Shown piece by piece: positions 38,149-52,428 of a stretch of DNA of 64,000 bases. Position 1 is the stretch's first letter. Each line of letters starts with the position of its first letter. The stretch comes from Callorhinchus milii (lineage: Eukaryota): assembly GCF_018977255.1 (NCBI RefSeq), contig NW_024704742.1, forward strand, positions 64,730,001 through 64,794,000. The letters are read 5' to 3'. The notes beneath the pieces were generated by a model. That model searched no databases, was not told the origin of the DNA, and was given only the letters and a program-made list of their open reading frames with translations. A program made the position numbers and the translations under genes.

Positions 38149-41100
38149 TTCCACCTAGTTCTAGATTTACTCTATTGATATAACATTCAGAGCACCCTGA
38201 ATGTTGCAATGTCTCACAATTAACCAACATCAGTGTTAATTCTTAAGAAAACCTTCACTAAAGTTAAGACTGAATTTAACAATTACTCCCCAAGGATATT
38301 AGAAGCAAGTATGAAAGTCAAGAGGAAACCTTATTTTTCCTTATCAAGCAAGGAGAAGGAGATTAGGGCTGAAAAGTGGAATGCTTTCATATTTATAGGC
38401 AACCCGTTTGAGCATCAAGCATTCCACAGTCAGAAATATATGATAGTGACATGCAAAGCAACGCTCTTTCTACTCTGCTCCAACAATGTGCCTCAGACTT
38501 AAACATCACACGCACACTCCCTCCTGCACCAGTGTACACATTTTCCATTTCCCACACCTGCCATCCTGTGGCCTCTCTGGGGTCTATTTTATGCCGATCA
38601 CTAAAAATAAAGGCATAGCAAAAACATCGCTATTTTTAGCGATCAGCTTAAGTTAACCTCCTCTGAGTGAGATTGTCAATATAGAATTGAGTTAAAGGCA
38701 GCTTTGTCCTCACTAGGAACTGTCCAAACTCACTGCACCAACAGACAGAGGAGACTTATATCCCATCAGTTTAGGCTGGATAATGAATCCATAATGGAGG
38801 TGAAAGGCCAGTTACTAACCCTTTGCAGAACCCAATCCCACCAAGTAGCATATTTTTACCCAAAGCGTAATAGATTTCCGGAATAAACTAACAGTTTAGA
38901 CGGTAATCCAATCTTTTGGCTGCTGAAGCACGCATTATAAATGCACCTAGCAGGCAACATCGCCATGTATTTCTGTTGAGAAAAGGAATTGAGGGTTATG
39001 GTGAGAAGGTGACACGTTTGTTAGGCTTTAATGTGCTTTTGTCCTTAAACGTTCTTATGTTCTTATGATTCCAAACAGCCTTGGGTTGTGTGCTATGGCC
39101 AGTTTCAATATCCATCATGGCTTTTGCTTAATGGAATAAAAAGTTGAAAACTGGTGGACTTTTTGAGGCTATAATTGAATCTTGGGGTTCTGCCAATATT
39201 TACTTCCCCTTAAGGATTCATACTCATGCTCTATGGCATAACATGAACTGGTTGATTGTAACACAGTCAGCTATTTGTTATCCTCTATATAATCTCAGGA
39301 GAAGCACCTCTTATCTTTGCTTTCAATTTATACCAGTTGAATATATTTGTAGACCCACTGTACATATTGTCTCCATGTTATTTGTATTGAAGGTAGTTTG
39401 AGGCCAAGGTGGAAAATGAGCAAAGAATTGGAAGGTGATGATGATTCCAGCAGAAACAACAATTTATTAATAATAGTCCTTGAATTTGATATAGCGGCTT
39501 ATCACGTTATTGAGACGTCCCAAAGCGCTTCACAGAATATACTGTAAAGTGATTAGACTGTATATTTTGTGAGCAAAACGCGGCAGCCAATTGCACCCAG
39601 CAGATTTAAATCAGGGAACCCACAGTCCTGATCCCAGACTGTTCAGCGCCTTGGGATTCCCTCCCAACATGAAAGGCACTTTACAAGTGTAATTTTGTTG
39701 TTGTTGTTAAATACATTATGGACATAGCTCATACAAATTGCGCACTTTTCATTAATTTATGTTTGGCACAACCTAAGGTATTGACTGTTTCCCAACAGGA
39801 TATTGTATACAGGATGTCTCACTGTCATGTCTGCAAAGCAGATTATAGAAATATAAAAAAAGTAATGAATACACAAGGCATTCAATACAGCATCAGGCAT
39901 TTGATAAAGTGTTTTTTATCCCCAAAAAGTAGGTATTTGAGCTTGCAATGATTAATTTCTTGTTCGGCCTTTTAAGAAATATAGGCATAAGAAGATAAGA
40001 ATGTACAGGGACTGGAGAAGACTATTGTGGTTCATCTGGTCTCTGCAACCCATGTTCAGCTTTTTGTTCCCCTCAATCAATTTCTTCTTCAAATAGTTGT
40101 TCAGGACCTGGAGTGTATCCTCAAGGTGTGAAACAGACCCTTGTCCACGCCTTCGCCACTTCCTGGTTGTATTTTTCTAATAAGCTCCTCGCCGTTCTCC
40201 CTAACTCCACAGCCAGAATTTCAACTCATCCAAAACTCTACAGTCCTCATCCTCACTCGCACCAAACTCCATATGTGCATCACCCCAACCATCACCAAGA
40301 TCCACTGGCTCCCTGTCTCTCAGTAATAATAATCCTTGCATTTGGTATTGCGCCTGATCAGGTCAAAAGGACAGCTCAAAGTGCTTCACAGGATTTACTG
40401 TAAAGTGGATTGACTGTACTTGAGGCAAATGCAGCAACATAATTGCGCACAACAAGCATCCCACAAACACCCATGGATTGAGTGGCCGATTTTATTTTGG
40501 GGATTGTTGGCCAGAACACCAGGAGAAACTCACTTCTGTTTTCAAACAGTACCATGGGATCTTTAACATTCTCCTGAACAGGCAAACGGGACCTAGGTTT
40601 AACATCTCACCTGAAGGAGATCAATCAGTAGATCAATTTCAAGATCCTTACCCTTACCTATGCATTCTAGCAATTTGCTATCTCCCAGATCTCCTCCTAC
40701 CCCATTCCTATAATCTCTCCTTCTGATCAGCTAAATTGGGCTTGCTGCACATCCCCACCCTACCCATCCACCATCAGTAGCCAAAGTTTCCAATTCTATG
40801 TGCTTAACCTCTGGAACTCCATCCCTTGAGTTTGGATCTGCCAATGGTCACCTTCTACCCCCTCTACCCTCCCCACTACTTGGTGTCCGAGCCTCCATTG
40901 TGAAGCACTCTGAGATGTTATTTTATAAGAAGGGCACTATTTGAATGCAAATTGTTGTTGTATGCGGGATTGTGCAATGCAATGAATGATTATAAAGCTG
41001 GTTTGTGATTTTGTGCGACTCACGGAATGGAACAAAATCACAAACATTTTTAACATCCCATTGTGGAAGTAATATTGTACCGAATGGCTATCTATCATCC

Positions 41101-43454
41101 CAAACTTCACTTGGGGGAAGTAAGTGGGGTCTCCTTGGAGCTGAACTAACTCCAAGGTGACATGCCTGGCAATGAATTGTTGGAATCGAGGCAGCCCTCT
41201 GTGGTGGTCTCGGTAGTCCAGTTCCTGAGCCAGACAGGTCCACAGTATTCCAGAGCACTGCTGGATGACAGCACAGACAGCCTGGCTCATCGATGACTTG
41301 GAAATAGGACTTGGAAAGGCAGACCAGTCACCTGGGACACAGATGCTTCCCACACAGTTCTTGTTAGCCCTGCAAGCCAAAGCCCTAATGGGTAAGGTGG
41401 TCCTAGCTGGACAGTTTTATCTTTGAATCCCATTTTCTGTAGTTTTTAAAAAACTTTACAAGAAAAACAGCTTCAAAATTAAACACTGTATTTTTTTAAA
41501 AATTGACAAATTCTGTACCATCTAATTGGTATGTTTATAGAGTAAATCTAAACCCAGGTGGAATTTCTACCCAATTGTGTTATTAATGTTATTAATGATA
41601 TTCTGTAAAGGTCTTTGAGACGTCTTGAAGACGTGATAAGGAGCTATATCAAATGCAAAGATTATTATATTATTATTATATCCTGCAAGGCAGACAATAG
41701 TGCCCTTAATTTTCCAATAATAATAATAATCCTTACATTTGATATAATTTCTTCCACATTAGGAGGGCATCTCAATGCGCTTGCAGGATTCACTGTGAAG
41801 TGGGGTGACTGTGTGTTTTGAGGGTGAACAAGAGCTAAGTAAAAACCTCTATCCTATGTCACCCTCCTTTGGAGACTAATTAAATCGCTTGATAATAATA
41901 ATAATAATCCTTGATAGTTGAGGCTAAATAATTTGACAGAATATTCCATTATATTATTTAATTAAATTCGCAGACACTGTTGTTAAAAAACAGTGATCTT
42001 TCTCGCATCTCGGCGGTCGATCGTTGAACCATTCAGTGAAGGCTGTTACACTCAGTGAAGGCTTCTGCTTCTAAATGCCTCTCCCACAGTGAAGCACCAG
42101 AGGTACACTCGGGCAGTCCAAGGTGACTCATGTACTGACTTCCCCTCTCTGGCCTCATGCTGACCTCTACTTGGCTTCTTGCACTGATGACGTGGGCAAG
42201 ATCAACGGTGTGTGAGGAGTGACAGGCACAGCCTCATTCCTCACCAGGCCATCAACCCGCTGTGCCATTAGGTTAACAGAGCGTTCAACTGTTTCATTTG
42301 GGATTTTCATTTTTGGGTTCTGTTTTTATAATTTACAAAATAATAATAATCCTTGCATTTGATATAGCTCCTTATTATGTCCTTGAGACGTCTCAAACTG
42401 CTTCACAGAATATACTGCAAGGTGTATTGACTGTGTATTTTGTGGGCGAAATGTGGCAGCCAATTGCGCATAACAGTGTCCCACAAACAGTCGTCGGTCC
42501 AGTTATCAAATTTTTTTGTGTTGGGGACGGTGGGATTATTACCCTCGGAAAGTCAGAACCCGGAAGGTTTCGCCCTACCTGGGACTTGAACCCAGGTCCT
42601 CTAATTGCAAGGCGAGCACACTAACCACTATAGGACTCCTAAAAATGGGATAGCTCCACTGCTGGATAAACAATCCCACAAATAAATATGGTCATTCACT
42701 TCACAGCTGTTTGTGGGACATTGCTGTGCACTAATTGGCTGCCGCATTTACCCACAAAATACCCACTCATTGCCCTCTACGGTATATTACAGTATGGGAT
42801 TACAGCTTTGGGACATACTCTCCATGTGAAAGGAGTTATAGCAAATGTAAGGCTTATTATTATTGTTTTTGTTGTTATTAATAAAGATTCTTGCCAGTAA
42901 GGCACAAGGCCATACTGACCCAAAGGTTCGAATCTCAGACTTTTATTGAGTTAGCTGATCTCCACAGGGGCAGCAGATGGAGTGCTGCCATCAGCCTCAA
43001 TAATAACAATAATAATAACCTATTTCTAATTATAATATTATAGTAATAATCCTTGCCTTGATATAGCATCTTATCACGTTGTTGAAACATCTCAAAGCGC
43101 TTCACAGGAAATACAGCAGCCAGTTGTGCACAGAAATGTCTGATAAACAGTCATGGAGTGAATAACCAATTTTGTTTGGGGGATTGTTGGCCAAGACACC
43201 GGGAGAAACTCCCTTCTCTTTTCGAATAGTGTCATGGAATCTTTACCATCCACCTGAACAGGCAGATGGGATCTCGGTTTCACATCTCATCCAAAGTATG
43301 GCATCTCTGACAAAGTAACACATCCTCAGCACTATGTTAAAGTTTCAACTTAGACTATGTCCCGTCGTGGGGCTTGAAACCACAACCTTCTGACTCAGAG
43401 GTGATAGCAGTACCACAAAGCCAGGTTGACACATTCTCCCCCTTCTCCCTTGCT

Positions 43455-44103
43455 CTTTATCTCTTTCCAGATAGTAAGCAAGTGAGAAGGGGGACAACAC
43501 GTTCCAGACCTCCAGTTGCCACTCAAGGTCCGCTGATGTTCTGTTGGCTTGTCTGGTAGACATCAAGGCCTGGATGAGCGCAAACTTCTTGCAACCAAAA
43601 GTCAACCAAGACAAGAGCCATATTCCTTGGCTCCCATCAACGATTTCTGTCCTGCGGCTGTGATCCTCAACCTCCTTCAGACTCACCGAATCGGTGCATA
43701 ACCTAGCCATCCAGTTCAACTCCTAGCTTTCCTTCCTTCCCCACATCCGGTTCTTGATCAGGACCACCTTCCTCCACCTCCGCCACATTGCCCGCCTCCG
43801 ACTGTACATCATCCCATATGCAGCCAAAACACTCGTTCAAATACTGATCCAAAACTCCACATGTCCCTCGTGTCCTCCGTTCCACCATTGGCAGCCACTA
43901 CGCCTAAAACTCTGGAACAGTCTTCCTCTATCGTTCCTACTTGCCCCTTCCTTCCCCATCTTCAGATCACATCTGAAGACCTTCCTCTTCGACTGTGCTT
44001 ACGGTCACCTCCCCTCTCCCTTGGCTCGGCCTCGTGCTCTGACACCGTCTGGTGCTCTGGGACACTACCCTGCATGAGGAGCACTATATAAATGCAAGTT
44101 GTT
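43455..44103 (+). mobile_element. L2 LINE fragment; further L2 pieces near 1250-1545, 3264-3620(-), 8580-8750, 14711-14995(-), 16982-17320(-), 29610-29833, 40110-40960, 48090-48450
   Basis: DIKAWMSANFL, FLHLRHIARLR, LWNSLP...FRSHLKTFLF and tail GCACTATATAAATGCAAGTTG. Confidence 0.85.
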
Positions 44104-45335
44104 TTGGTGACACAATCTGCCGCTTCTCCTTTGCTCATTATCCAATCCTGTCATTGTGAAGCACTCAAAGATGTTACTTTGTGAAGGGAGTGATATAGAT
44201 TCAAGGTGTGCTTGGATACTCACACATGCGTCTCTGGTGTAACAGTTAAAAGAAGCATAAAAACATCTGCAGACTAGGGATTATTTTTTGCTGTTGGCTC
44301 ACTCACCGTTTTCCATGCATATTGAAGGTACATCATGTGTAAGATAAGATCGATTTTAGCCACAATGTTTTTGGCACATACGTTACGAAACTAGGCATTA
44401 TAATCTTTATATGGTCTACCCACACCCTAATAATAATCCTTACATTTTGATAAAGTGCCTTATCACATTGTTGAGACGTCTCAAAGCGTTTCACAAAACA
44501 TATCGTAAAGCGAATTGACTACATTTTGTGGGCAAAAAGGTGAAGCCAATTGCACACAGCAATATCCCACAAACAGTCGTTGATTGAGTGACCATTGTTA
44601 TTTTAAATTACAATTATTATCTTCTTAAAAAAAATATTTATTTATTTGGGGATAAATTTATACACCAGATAAAGGGGGTTGTTTCATGAAAAATAGTGTG
44701 AGCCACCTCAAATATAGAATGAAACAAATCGCAGAATTTCTTCCGTTTATCAATCATGAATCATGAACCACACACAAATCTGAGTTTAACAACACTGGTC
44801 GATAACATCCAAACAGGCCATTCGGCCCAACTCATTCATGCCAGTGTTTATATTCTACATGCGCCTCCGACTGACCTAATCCCTCCCTCTAACATTCCTC
44901 CCTACCGTTCCATTCCCTTCTCCCGAATGTATTGCAAAGTGTCAGCTATTTACAAAGAAACATTTTAAAGAAGTACTTCATCCCTAATCCTCATTAGCAG
45001 CTGTTTTTAAAACAAATGGCTTTTTGTAGGAAAATCAGATCTGGTGCTTGAAAAGAAAAAAACTACAGGCTTGAAATTCCACCCAGTGTTAGCCTGTAAA
45101 AACCATTTGGCCTCAAGATTTAATTGCACAGAACTTGTAGAATTCAGTCACAATTTAGAGGCCGGTTTTCCAAAGGAATCAACTTACAAAGTGTTCCCAG
45201 TGACTTCTGTTTTTGTTACAAATTACAAAGACTGAGTTTAATAATTTTTCACAGTTCTGCAGAATCTTAAATTTTAAGATGAAAGGGTGTAATGTTGGGG
45301 CTTATATCTTCGTATTATTAATATTAATACTCTGC

Positions 45336-45515
45336 AGGGTGTCCACAAAGTCCTGATATCCCCTGTTACAAAACAATGATATGAGACTCCAGAGGAGCTG
45401 AAACAAACGTCAGAGCTACATTTCTCCTCATCATTCCATCATGTTACGGAACATGGCGACGGATCATTATCTGCCATGAAAGTGATGGCATTCACCGATC
45501 GTCTGGATGTCTAAA
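45336..45515 (+). mobile_element. Mariner/Tc1-like deletion derivative (TIR-like end plus transposase C-terminal remnant)
   Basis: CAGGGTGTCCACAAAGTC end motif followed by a frameshifted EELKQ...TWRRIIICHESDGIH, resembling mariner/Tc1 C-termini; right TIR not found. Confidence 0.4.
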
Positions 45516-48500
45516 TACAGTTAAACACTTGTTTAGATCACCAATAGGGAATTCTGTGGATAACAGGCAATGGGTGAAGGTTGGCTTATGGGAACTCAGG
45601 ATCTATTTCTGGTGCTAGGGACAGACTCACTCCCAGTCACCAGCGAGGTTCCCAGTTAGAAACTGAGTTGCAGTAAATCCTGTTATAAACCACTGCTTTT
45701 TTGACCCCATCAATACTGTCCTAATAAAGTCACAGTCCCAAAAAAACATGCAACCATATTATTGAGGATGGAATTAGAGTGCGGTAATTTCTAACCTTGG
45801 AAGAACTCTTTTATAGACGGATGGGGGAGCTGGGTGCATTGTAATTCTCTACGCCAGGCAGACCAGTTGTCCTTGTTCGATTATGATCCTCACACTTCTT
45901 AACATGCCCGCCCCAATGCCTCAATAAATCTGCTTTGTGAGCAGCTTCAAGTTCAACTTTTAAGAGAATGGAAAGGGGAATTGCCACTGTTATTCAAAGG
46001 GAAACATAATGTCAATGTTTTGCAGATACTATATACTGCATGTTTGCAGCGTGTTTTAAGGTGCGTGTGCGTGTGTTATGTCAAGGTGTATTGAAAAGTA
46101 AGTTTTTTGTTAAATAGCATGTTAACTAGTTGAAGTCATTATCAACCAGCTTTCTGTTTCAAGGATTACAAATCCAGTATTATTGGTGAATTAATTAATT
46201 CTGAGTTATTTTAAACCAGCTTGTCCATTTCCAAAGAGCATTGCATTAGTACTACTAACCACAATCACATTCATAACGCTATTAAAGTGGAGAACCTGAT
46301 ATCTGCACTATTTGGGACCAGCCCCATTGTGGATATGAGTTCTCTGTGTGTTTGTGTGTGCGCTTATTATCCTCCTTCGGGAGTAGGTAAACCGGGTCTC
46401 CTAAAGGCTGAACTTACTCTAAAGTAATGTGCTTGCCAACAGAATGCTGGAACTGAGTCAGACTTCTGTGGCTGTCTTGGTAGTCTGGTTCCTGAGCCAG
46501 GCCGGGTCTGCTGTGTTCCCGGACACTGCTGATGACAGCACAGCCAGCCTGGCTCATCGGCAGACTGGTCATTCAGAGCAGAGATTCTTCCCTCTCAGTT
46601 CCTGTTAATCCTGTGAGCCAAATTCCTGATAGTTTCCAGCTAATAGGCAGCGGGAAGCTTACCAGACAGTGCAGTCAATGGCATTGCTCTATACACTATG
46701 GGGACTCCAGGATCTTAACGTATTGAGTCTGACAGATGGCTGACCAAAAATAATTTTGTGTGTGTGTCTGTCTCTGGCTTTGTGTGTGTCTGCCTCAAAT
46801 CCTGCATTCATTGGATCAAATCCCTCTGCCTTGTGGTACTGGTTCACAGTCCTGCTCAGGTATATTGTATTGTGTATGCAGTAAGGGCTCATGTATGTGG
46901 GTAATTAAAATGAAATTCTGCTCACAACAACAACAATAGGTCGTGGAGTCCAGTAGTGTAGTGGTTAGCGCACTTGCCTCACCGAGTTTCCCCCACAAAA
47001 ATGAAAAACAGTGATTTAATTTTACAGTATATTCTGTGAAACACTTTGAGATGTCAAAATGACATGATTACGCACTATATTAAATGCAAGAATTATTATT
47101 AACAAGTTCAGTTTTGTAGCAGAGTACCAATGGGGTTAGACATACTTTCAGTAGTTGGTATCAAGTTCCACTGTGCGCTGCTTTAATTCATTGCTGCCCA
47201 GTGAAAATCGAGATTTATCACCAGCAGAAAAACGAGGAGTTTAGAAGGATTTATAAAACATAGAATAAGGAACAAAACATAGTAAAATAAGGAAGGTTTT
47301 AACACAAATGGCTGTTGCAGTCAAGTCCCTCTACAGTATTCGAAAGGGAATTGAATAAATACCTGAAAACAAGTAATCCTTGCATTTGGTACAGCGCCTT
47401 TCAGGAGGACGTCCCAAAGCGCTTCACAGGACTTACTGTGAAGTGGACTGACTGTGTGTCTGTGTAGGGGAACTAAAGGGCACGGTGGAAGAGCAGAGGA
47501 ATGGGATTAGAGTAGACTTCTCCTTTGGGAGATTTAGCACCACGACAGACACGAAGGGCCTACCGACCTCCTGCTGTCTATCATTATGATGAAACGCTTT
47601 GAAACGTCCTCCTGACATGAAAGGCACAATACAAATGTCATTCGTTGTTGTTGGAACATTCATTTGGTGTGTGTCTGGTGCTACATGATGCAATGAATCG
47701 CCACCTATTGTCACAGAGTGGAACTGCCAGACCTGAGACAGTAATAGGACTTCTCTTTTATAAATTACTGACTGACTTGCAATTTCTGCCCTCGACTTCC
47801 TTGGTGTACAGTTGTTCTCTTCTCAGCCCAGATGTGATGTGAATAAGTAAAAATTAATTAGATCTTTTGAACATCTTTAAGGCCCTATTATTGAGTCGTT
47901 TGTCCCACTTTGTGCTCCGAGACACCGCCCAGCGGGAAGTGTGCTATATAAATGCAAGTTGCTGTTCTTGTTATTTTTAAATAAGTTCTATATGCACCCG
48001 GGAAAATGACTAAATCAAGCACTAATTTGATAAGTCACACAATTGTTGCTTGCTTTCTCCCTCATTTTATATTTATTAGAAATAATAAATGCGTCCCATC
48101 TGCTCTACCCGGTTGCTTTGCTCAGCTGGTTCTGGTGTCCTGCACATCCCTCGTCCCCTCCACTCCACCTTCAGCGGCCGTGCTTTCAGCCATTACGCCC
48201 CGAATCTCTGGAACCCTCCGCCTCAACCTTTCTGCCTTCCTTCCTCCTTGTCCGTCTTCAGATCACACCTGAAGACCTTTCTCTTGAACCATACCTACAG
48301 TAACCACCCCTCTCTCATCGTCCCAGCCCGTTCGCTCCCTCCACTTGGCAGGCACTAACCTGCCTCACATCTCCTGCCCTGCTCTCCCCACCATTGGCAG
48401 TCGAGCTTTTAACCTTGCCCATTCCCTCGCCTTCTTCAAGGTCTATCTCAAATATATCTAAAGAAATATGAAATATAACTATAAACGATAAATTGTATAT

Positions 48501-48900
48501 AAATATAAATATGAATAGTAAATAGGCTCCCTAGGGAGATGGTGGAAGCAGAAAGTGTTGATACTTCCAAGAAAAAATTAGATAATTTCTGTTAGTGACT
48601 GCTAAGATGGTGAAAGGTAAACTGGATGGACCTTGGTCTTGTTTCCCCCAGCAAATACTTATGTTCTTATGTTCAAGACGTTCCTCTTTGATCAAGACTT
48701 CGGCCATCTTTCCCCCATACCCCCTGAAGCTCCAACGCTCCTGATTCCAACCCCGAGCTCAGTTATAAACCGTTGACTGTCCAGAGCCTTAGGACATCCT
48801 CCAGACGTGAAAGGGGCTGTAAAAATGCAATTTGTTGTTGTTCATAGACTGCATAGGTTAGGCCTTTTTTCGCTCCAGTAGGGATATTTAGGGAAGGACC

Positions 48901-49330
48901 TAATGATAATAATCCTTGCATTTGATATAGCACCTTATGATGTCATTGAGACGTCTCAAAGCGCTTCACAGAGTATACTGTAAAGTGAGAGATCTGAGTT
49001 CAATTCATGGCAGGGTGAAACCTTGGGCAAGTTTCCTTACTCTACACGCCTAATAATAATCCCTCAAGAAAAAAAAACAATAATAAATTGGTCACTTCAA
49101 ACCACGACTGTTTGTGGGACACTGCTGTGCGCAATTGGCTGCCGTGTTTCACCCACAAATATACAGTCAATTCACTTTACAGTCTATTCTGTGAAGCACT
49201 TTGAGACATCTAGAAGACACAAGCTCAAATGCAAGGATTATTATTATTAAAGTGGATTGAATGTGTATTTTTTGTGGGCAAAACAGTCAATTGTTCACAG
49301 CAGTGTCCCACAAACAGTCATGGATTGAAT
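48901..49330. mobile_element. Nested SINEs: a plus-strand short-subfamily copy (about 48987-49248) inside a minus-strand copy
   Basis: The minus-strand tail is interrupted at ctgtaaagtg and resumes at aaagtggattg after the inserted copy. Confidence 0.8.
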
Positions 49331-50299
49331 CATAATAATAAATGAGTTCAAAATAAAAGGGTTTGATAAGGTTAGCAAAATTGGGCTGTTCCTACTTGTA
49401 ACCAAGATAAGGGACAGAAATATAAGATGGCGACTAGTGGGGTTAAAAAGATTAGGAGGAATTACTTCAGGCAGAGGGCAGTGAGATTGTTGAACTCGCT
49501 GCCGAAGCAGTGGTTGAATCAGACCATGTATAGATCCATTTAACTAGATTTTGTGGAAGATTTTTTGAACAGAAAGGTATAGGAGGAAGGAGTGGGAGGA
49601 GTGGGTGGAAACTCATGTAAAGTATAAAGTATAAACTCTGGCACAGACTAGCTGGCCACAATGGCCTGTTTCCACGCTGTACAATGTAAATTTATATAAC
49701 TTTTCAGCAGTTACCCCAATGCACACTCTGAGGTCCCCAAGCCTTGGCTCTCGCCATCCTGCACCTAACACTTTCCGGAATTAGGTAAACAGGATGTGTC
49801 CCTCCAGGGAGAGAGTCGTATTCCATTCCAACAATCTATCTCTGGGATTTCCATGTGTAGGTGGGAGGCCTGGAAATCTGAGTTTGGTTTGTTTGTTGGT
49901 TTATAATCTTAAGCGTGGTCATGGGTTTCCTTCTGTGTCAGACACCTGGCTGACCAAAACAAATCTATACAAATCTCATGTGCCTCCTGCTGGCCGGTTA
50001 CTCAACAGCGTGAGCTGGAGACTCCTGACCGCTGCACTAGGGAATGGACTGTGGAACAAGCGGAAGCTAGGAGGCTTGGGGGGAGGAGGGGGTGGACGGG
50101 GAGAGGGGGGCATGGGGGTAAAAGGAAGTTGAAAACGGATGGTAAGAAAGGCAGTTAATCAAAAGAAAAATGAAATAAATGTAGATTTACATAGACGATG
50201 CAGCACAGAAACAGTTGGCCCAACCAGTCTATGCCGGTGTTTATACCCCACACGAGTCTCTGCCTATTTCTTGTTGACCAACACACTCTACACAAAGTG

Positions 50300-50859
50300 C
50301 AGTGGAAGCTGCTTTTGCCGGATGCTGGTTAACCCCGGATGCCAGATAAGTCGAATGAAACGCCCGACCCCGATTCATTTGTATTCTTACTTGCATTCCT
50401 ACATATTTATTGTTCTAGATATGCCTGTTAACTTGGATGAAAATCCGGTTAATCTGCGTCTGCTCACTCTGTGTCTTGAGCAGCTCCGCTCAGCACTCGA
50501 GCGACTCCGTGCTGGTGATGGGAAGAGTTAATTCATGATTGATTGACAGCGGACTCCAACCATTCACAAGCGGCTCTGGGGGAGTGGGGTGGTGGGGGAG
50601 GGGGTGGAGAGGGCAGTGACTGCATCCGGTGGATGGGGAGGTGACCAGTTAACGGCGACTGCGAGGTGATTGACACATCCTGGACCCACCTCTAATTGGT
50701 CCTCTTCCCATCCAGTGGGAATGGCAATGGGAGGAAAGAGGTGCTCAGTGGAGAAGATGGCAGGAATAGAAGAGAAAGGAAAGAATTTTGGTTACCGGAC
50801 GCCAGGTAAATCGGACAAAACTCCCAGCCCTGATGCACCAGTCAAAGCGGATTTCAATG
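50300..50859. mobile_element. Old Tigger-like DNA transposon remnant
   Basis: Degenerate TIRs CAGTGGAAGCTGCTTTTGCCGG / CCAGTCAAAGCGGATTTCAATG and internal GGTTAACC/CCGGA subterminal motifs; TSD decayed. Confidence 0.45.
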
Positions 50860-52428
50860 TGTGTGGATTTTCTATTTGTTCTTGCACAGTGACCATGTTG
50901 TCACCAGATTGTAACAACCCTTTCTGTGCAGTTGAGGTTTGAGAAGGTTGAACGTTTAAACACCTGATAGACGTGTTCAAAATGAGGAGGGGTTTTGATA
51001 AGGTAAATTGGGGAAAAACAATTTTCATGGATCACTGAGCAGATAACTAAAGGGCATCATTTAATACCAGTACCAATTTTCCACACAGATGGTTATTTGG
51101 ATGGAATGCTCTATTTTGCTTGAAGTAGAATCCATGATTACTTTTAAACCCAAATTATATGTATTTTTCAAAATGAAAAATGTAAAATGTCTTGGGTGGA
51201 AATGTAGGAGAATGGGACTAAATGGATAACAACAATAGCTAATGTTTATATAGCGCCCTTCACATGGATAGAGTCTCGGAGCATTTAACAGTGACAGAGC
51301 TTAATGCCAAGCCACATATTTACAAATATATCTGTACAATAACATAAAATATGTAATATATATACACAAAAGGTCCCAAAATGCCTGATTCCATGCTATA
51401 AGGTCCTGTCCTTCAGATGAGACATTAAACCAAAGTCCTGTCTGCCAGTTCAGGTAGATGTTAAATATCCCATGATATGATTCGAAAAGAGAAGTGAGTT
51501 TCTCCCAGTGTCCTGGCCAACAATCTCCCAAATAAAATTGCTCACTCACTCCATGGCTGTTTGTACCACCTGCTGCCACATTCACCCACAAAACACATAG
51601 TCAATCATCTCTACTGTAGTAGGATTGACAAAGCACTATGTAGTGCTTTGAGATGTGTCCACAATGTGATTTCATGGAGGTGCTGTTCTTCGGAAAAGAC
51701 ATATTATCAAGATTCCATCTGCCTGTTCAGGTGGACGTTAAGGATCTCATTGCAGTATTCAAAAAGTTTCCCACCTAAACATTCTCCTAGATAAAAAATG
51801 ATGATTCACCTCATGGCTGTTTGTGGTATGTTTGCTGTGCAAATTGTCGCTACACTTGCCCTCTCTAGACTTCATGGTAAAATCATATGAAGCGCTTTTG
51901 ATGGCTTGACAATGTGAGAAGTTGCTATATCAGATGTAAAGGATTGTTGTCACCTAAAGTGGGCAACATATACAGTGCAAAGTATGTGATCCTGCCTCCC
52001 TGGTCTGACCAGATTGCTATACTTTCCATTCACTCTGATGCTGACAGAGTTACTCTTACAGTAATAAAGTACCCAAACACCATTACCGCAATTGTAACTG
52101 TAAAAAAAACAAAAAATGTTAGTCACATTTTTTAGAATAAAAATTGTAAAACAGTTTCCTTATATTTGACCTGTTATTTCCCTTCTGCCTTCGATTCTCC
52201 TGTCTTACCTATTCCCTGTGTCCTATTTTATTTAATTTGAGGCTTCCTTTTCCTGTCCCTGACTATTTTGTCCGTTGTTGTGATTTGTATGTATTTCTTT
52301 CTCTTCCCACCACCTGTCACTTTCTGTTTTGGAGACAAGGGCAAGGTTTGGAATAAATGGTTTCTTTAGCTGAAGACAGGCTCTGAATCCCAGCTAATTG
52401 AAAGTCTAGACTTTAATGATTGACACAG

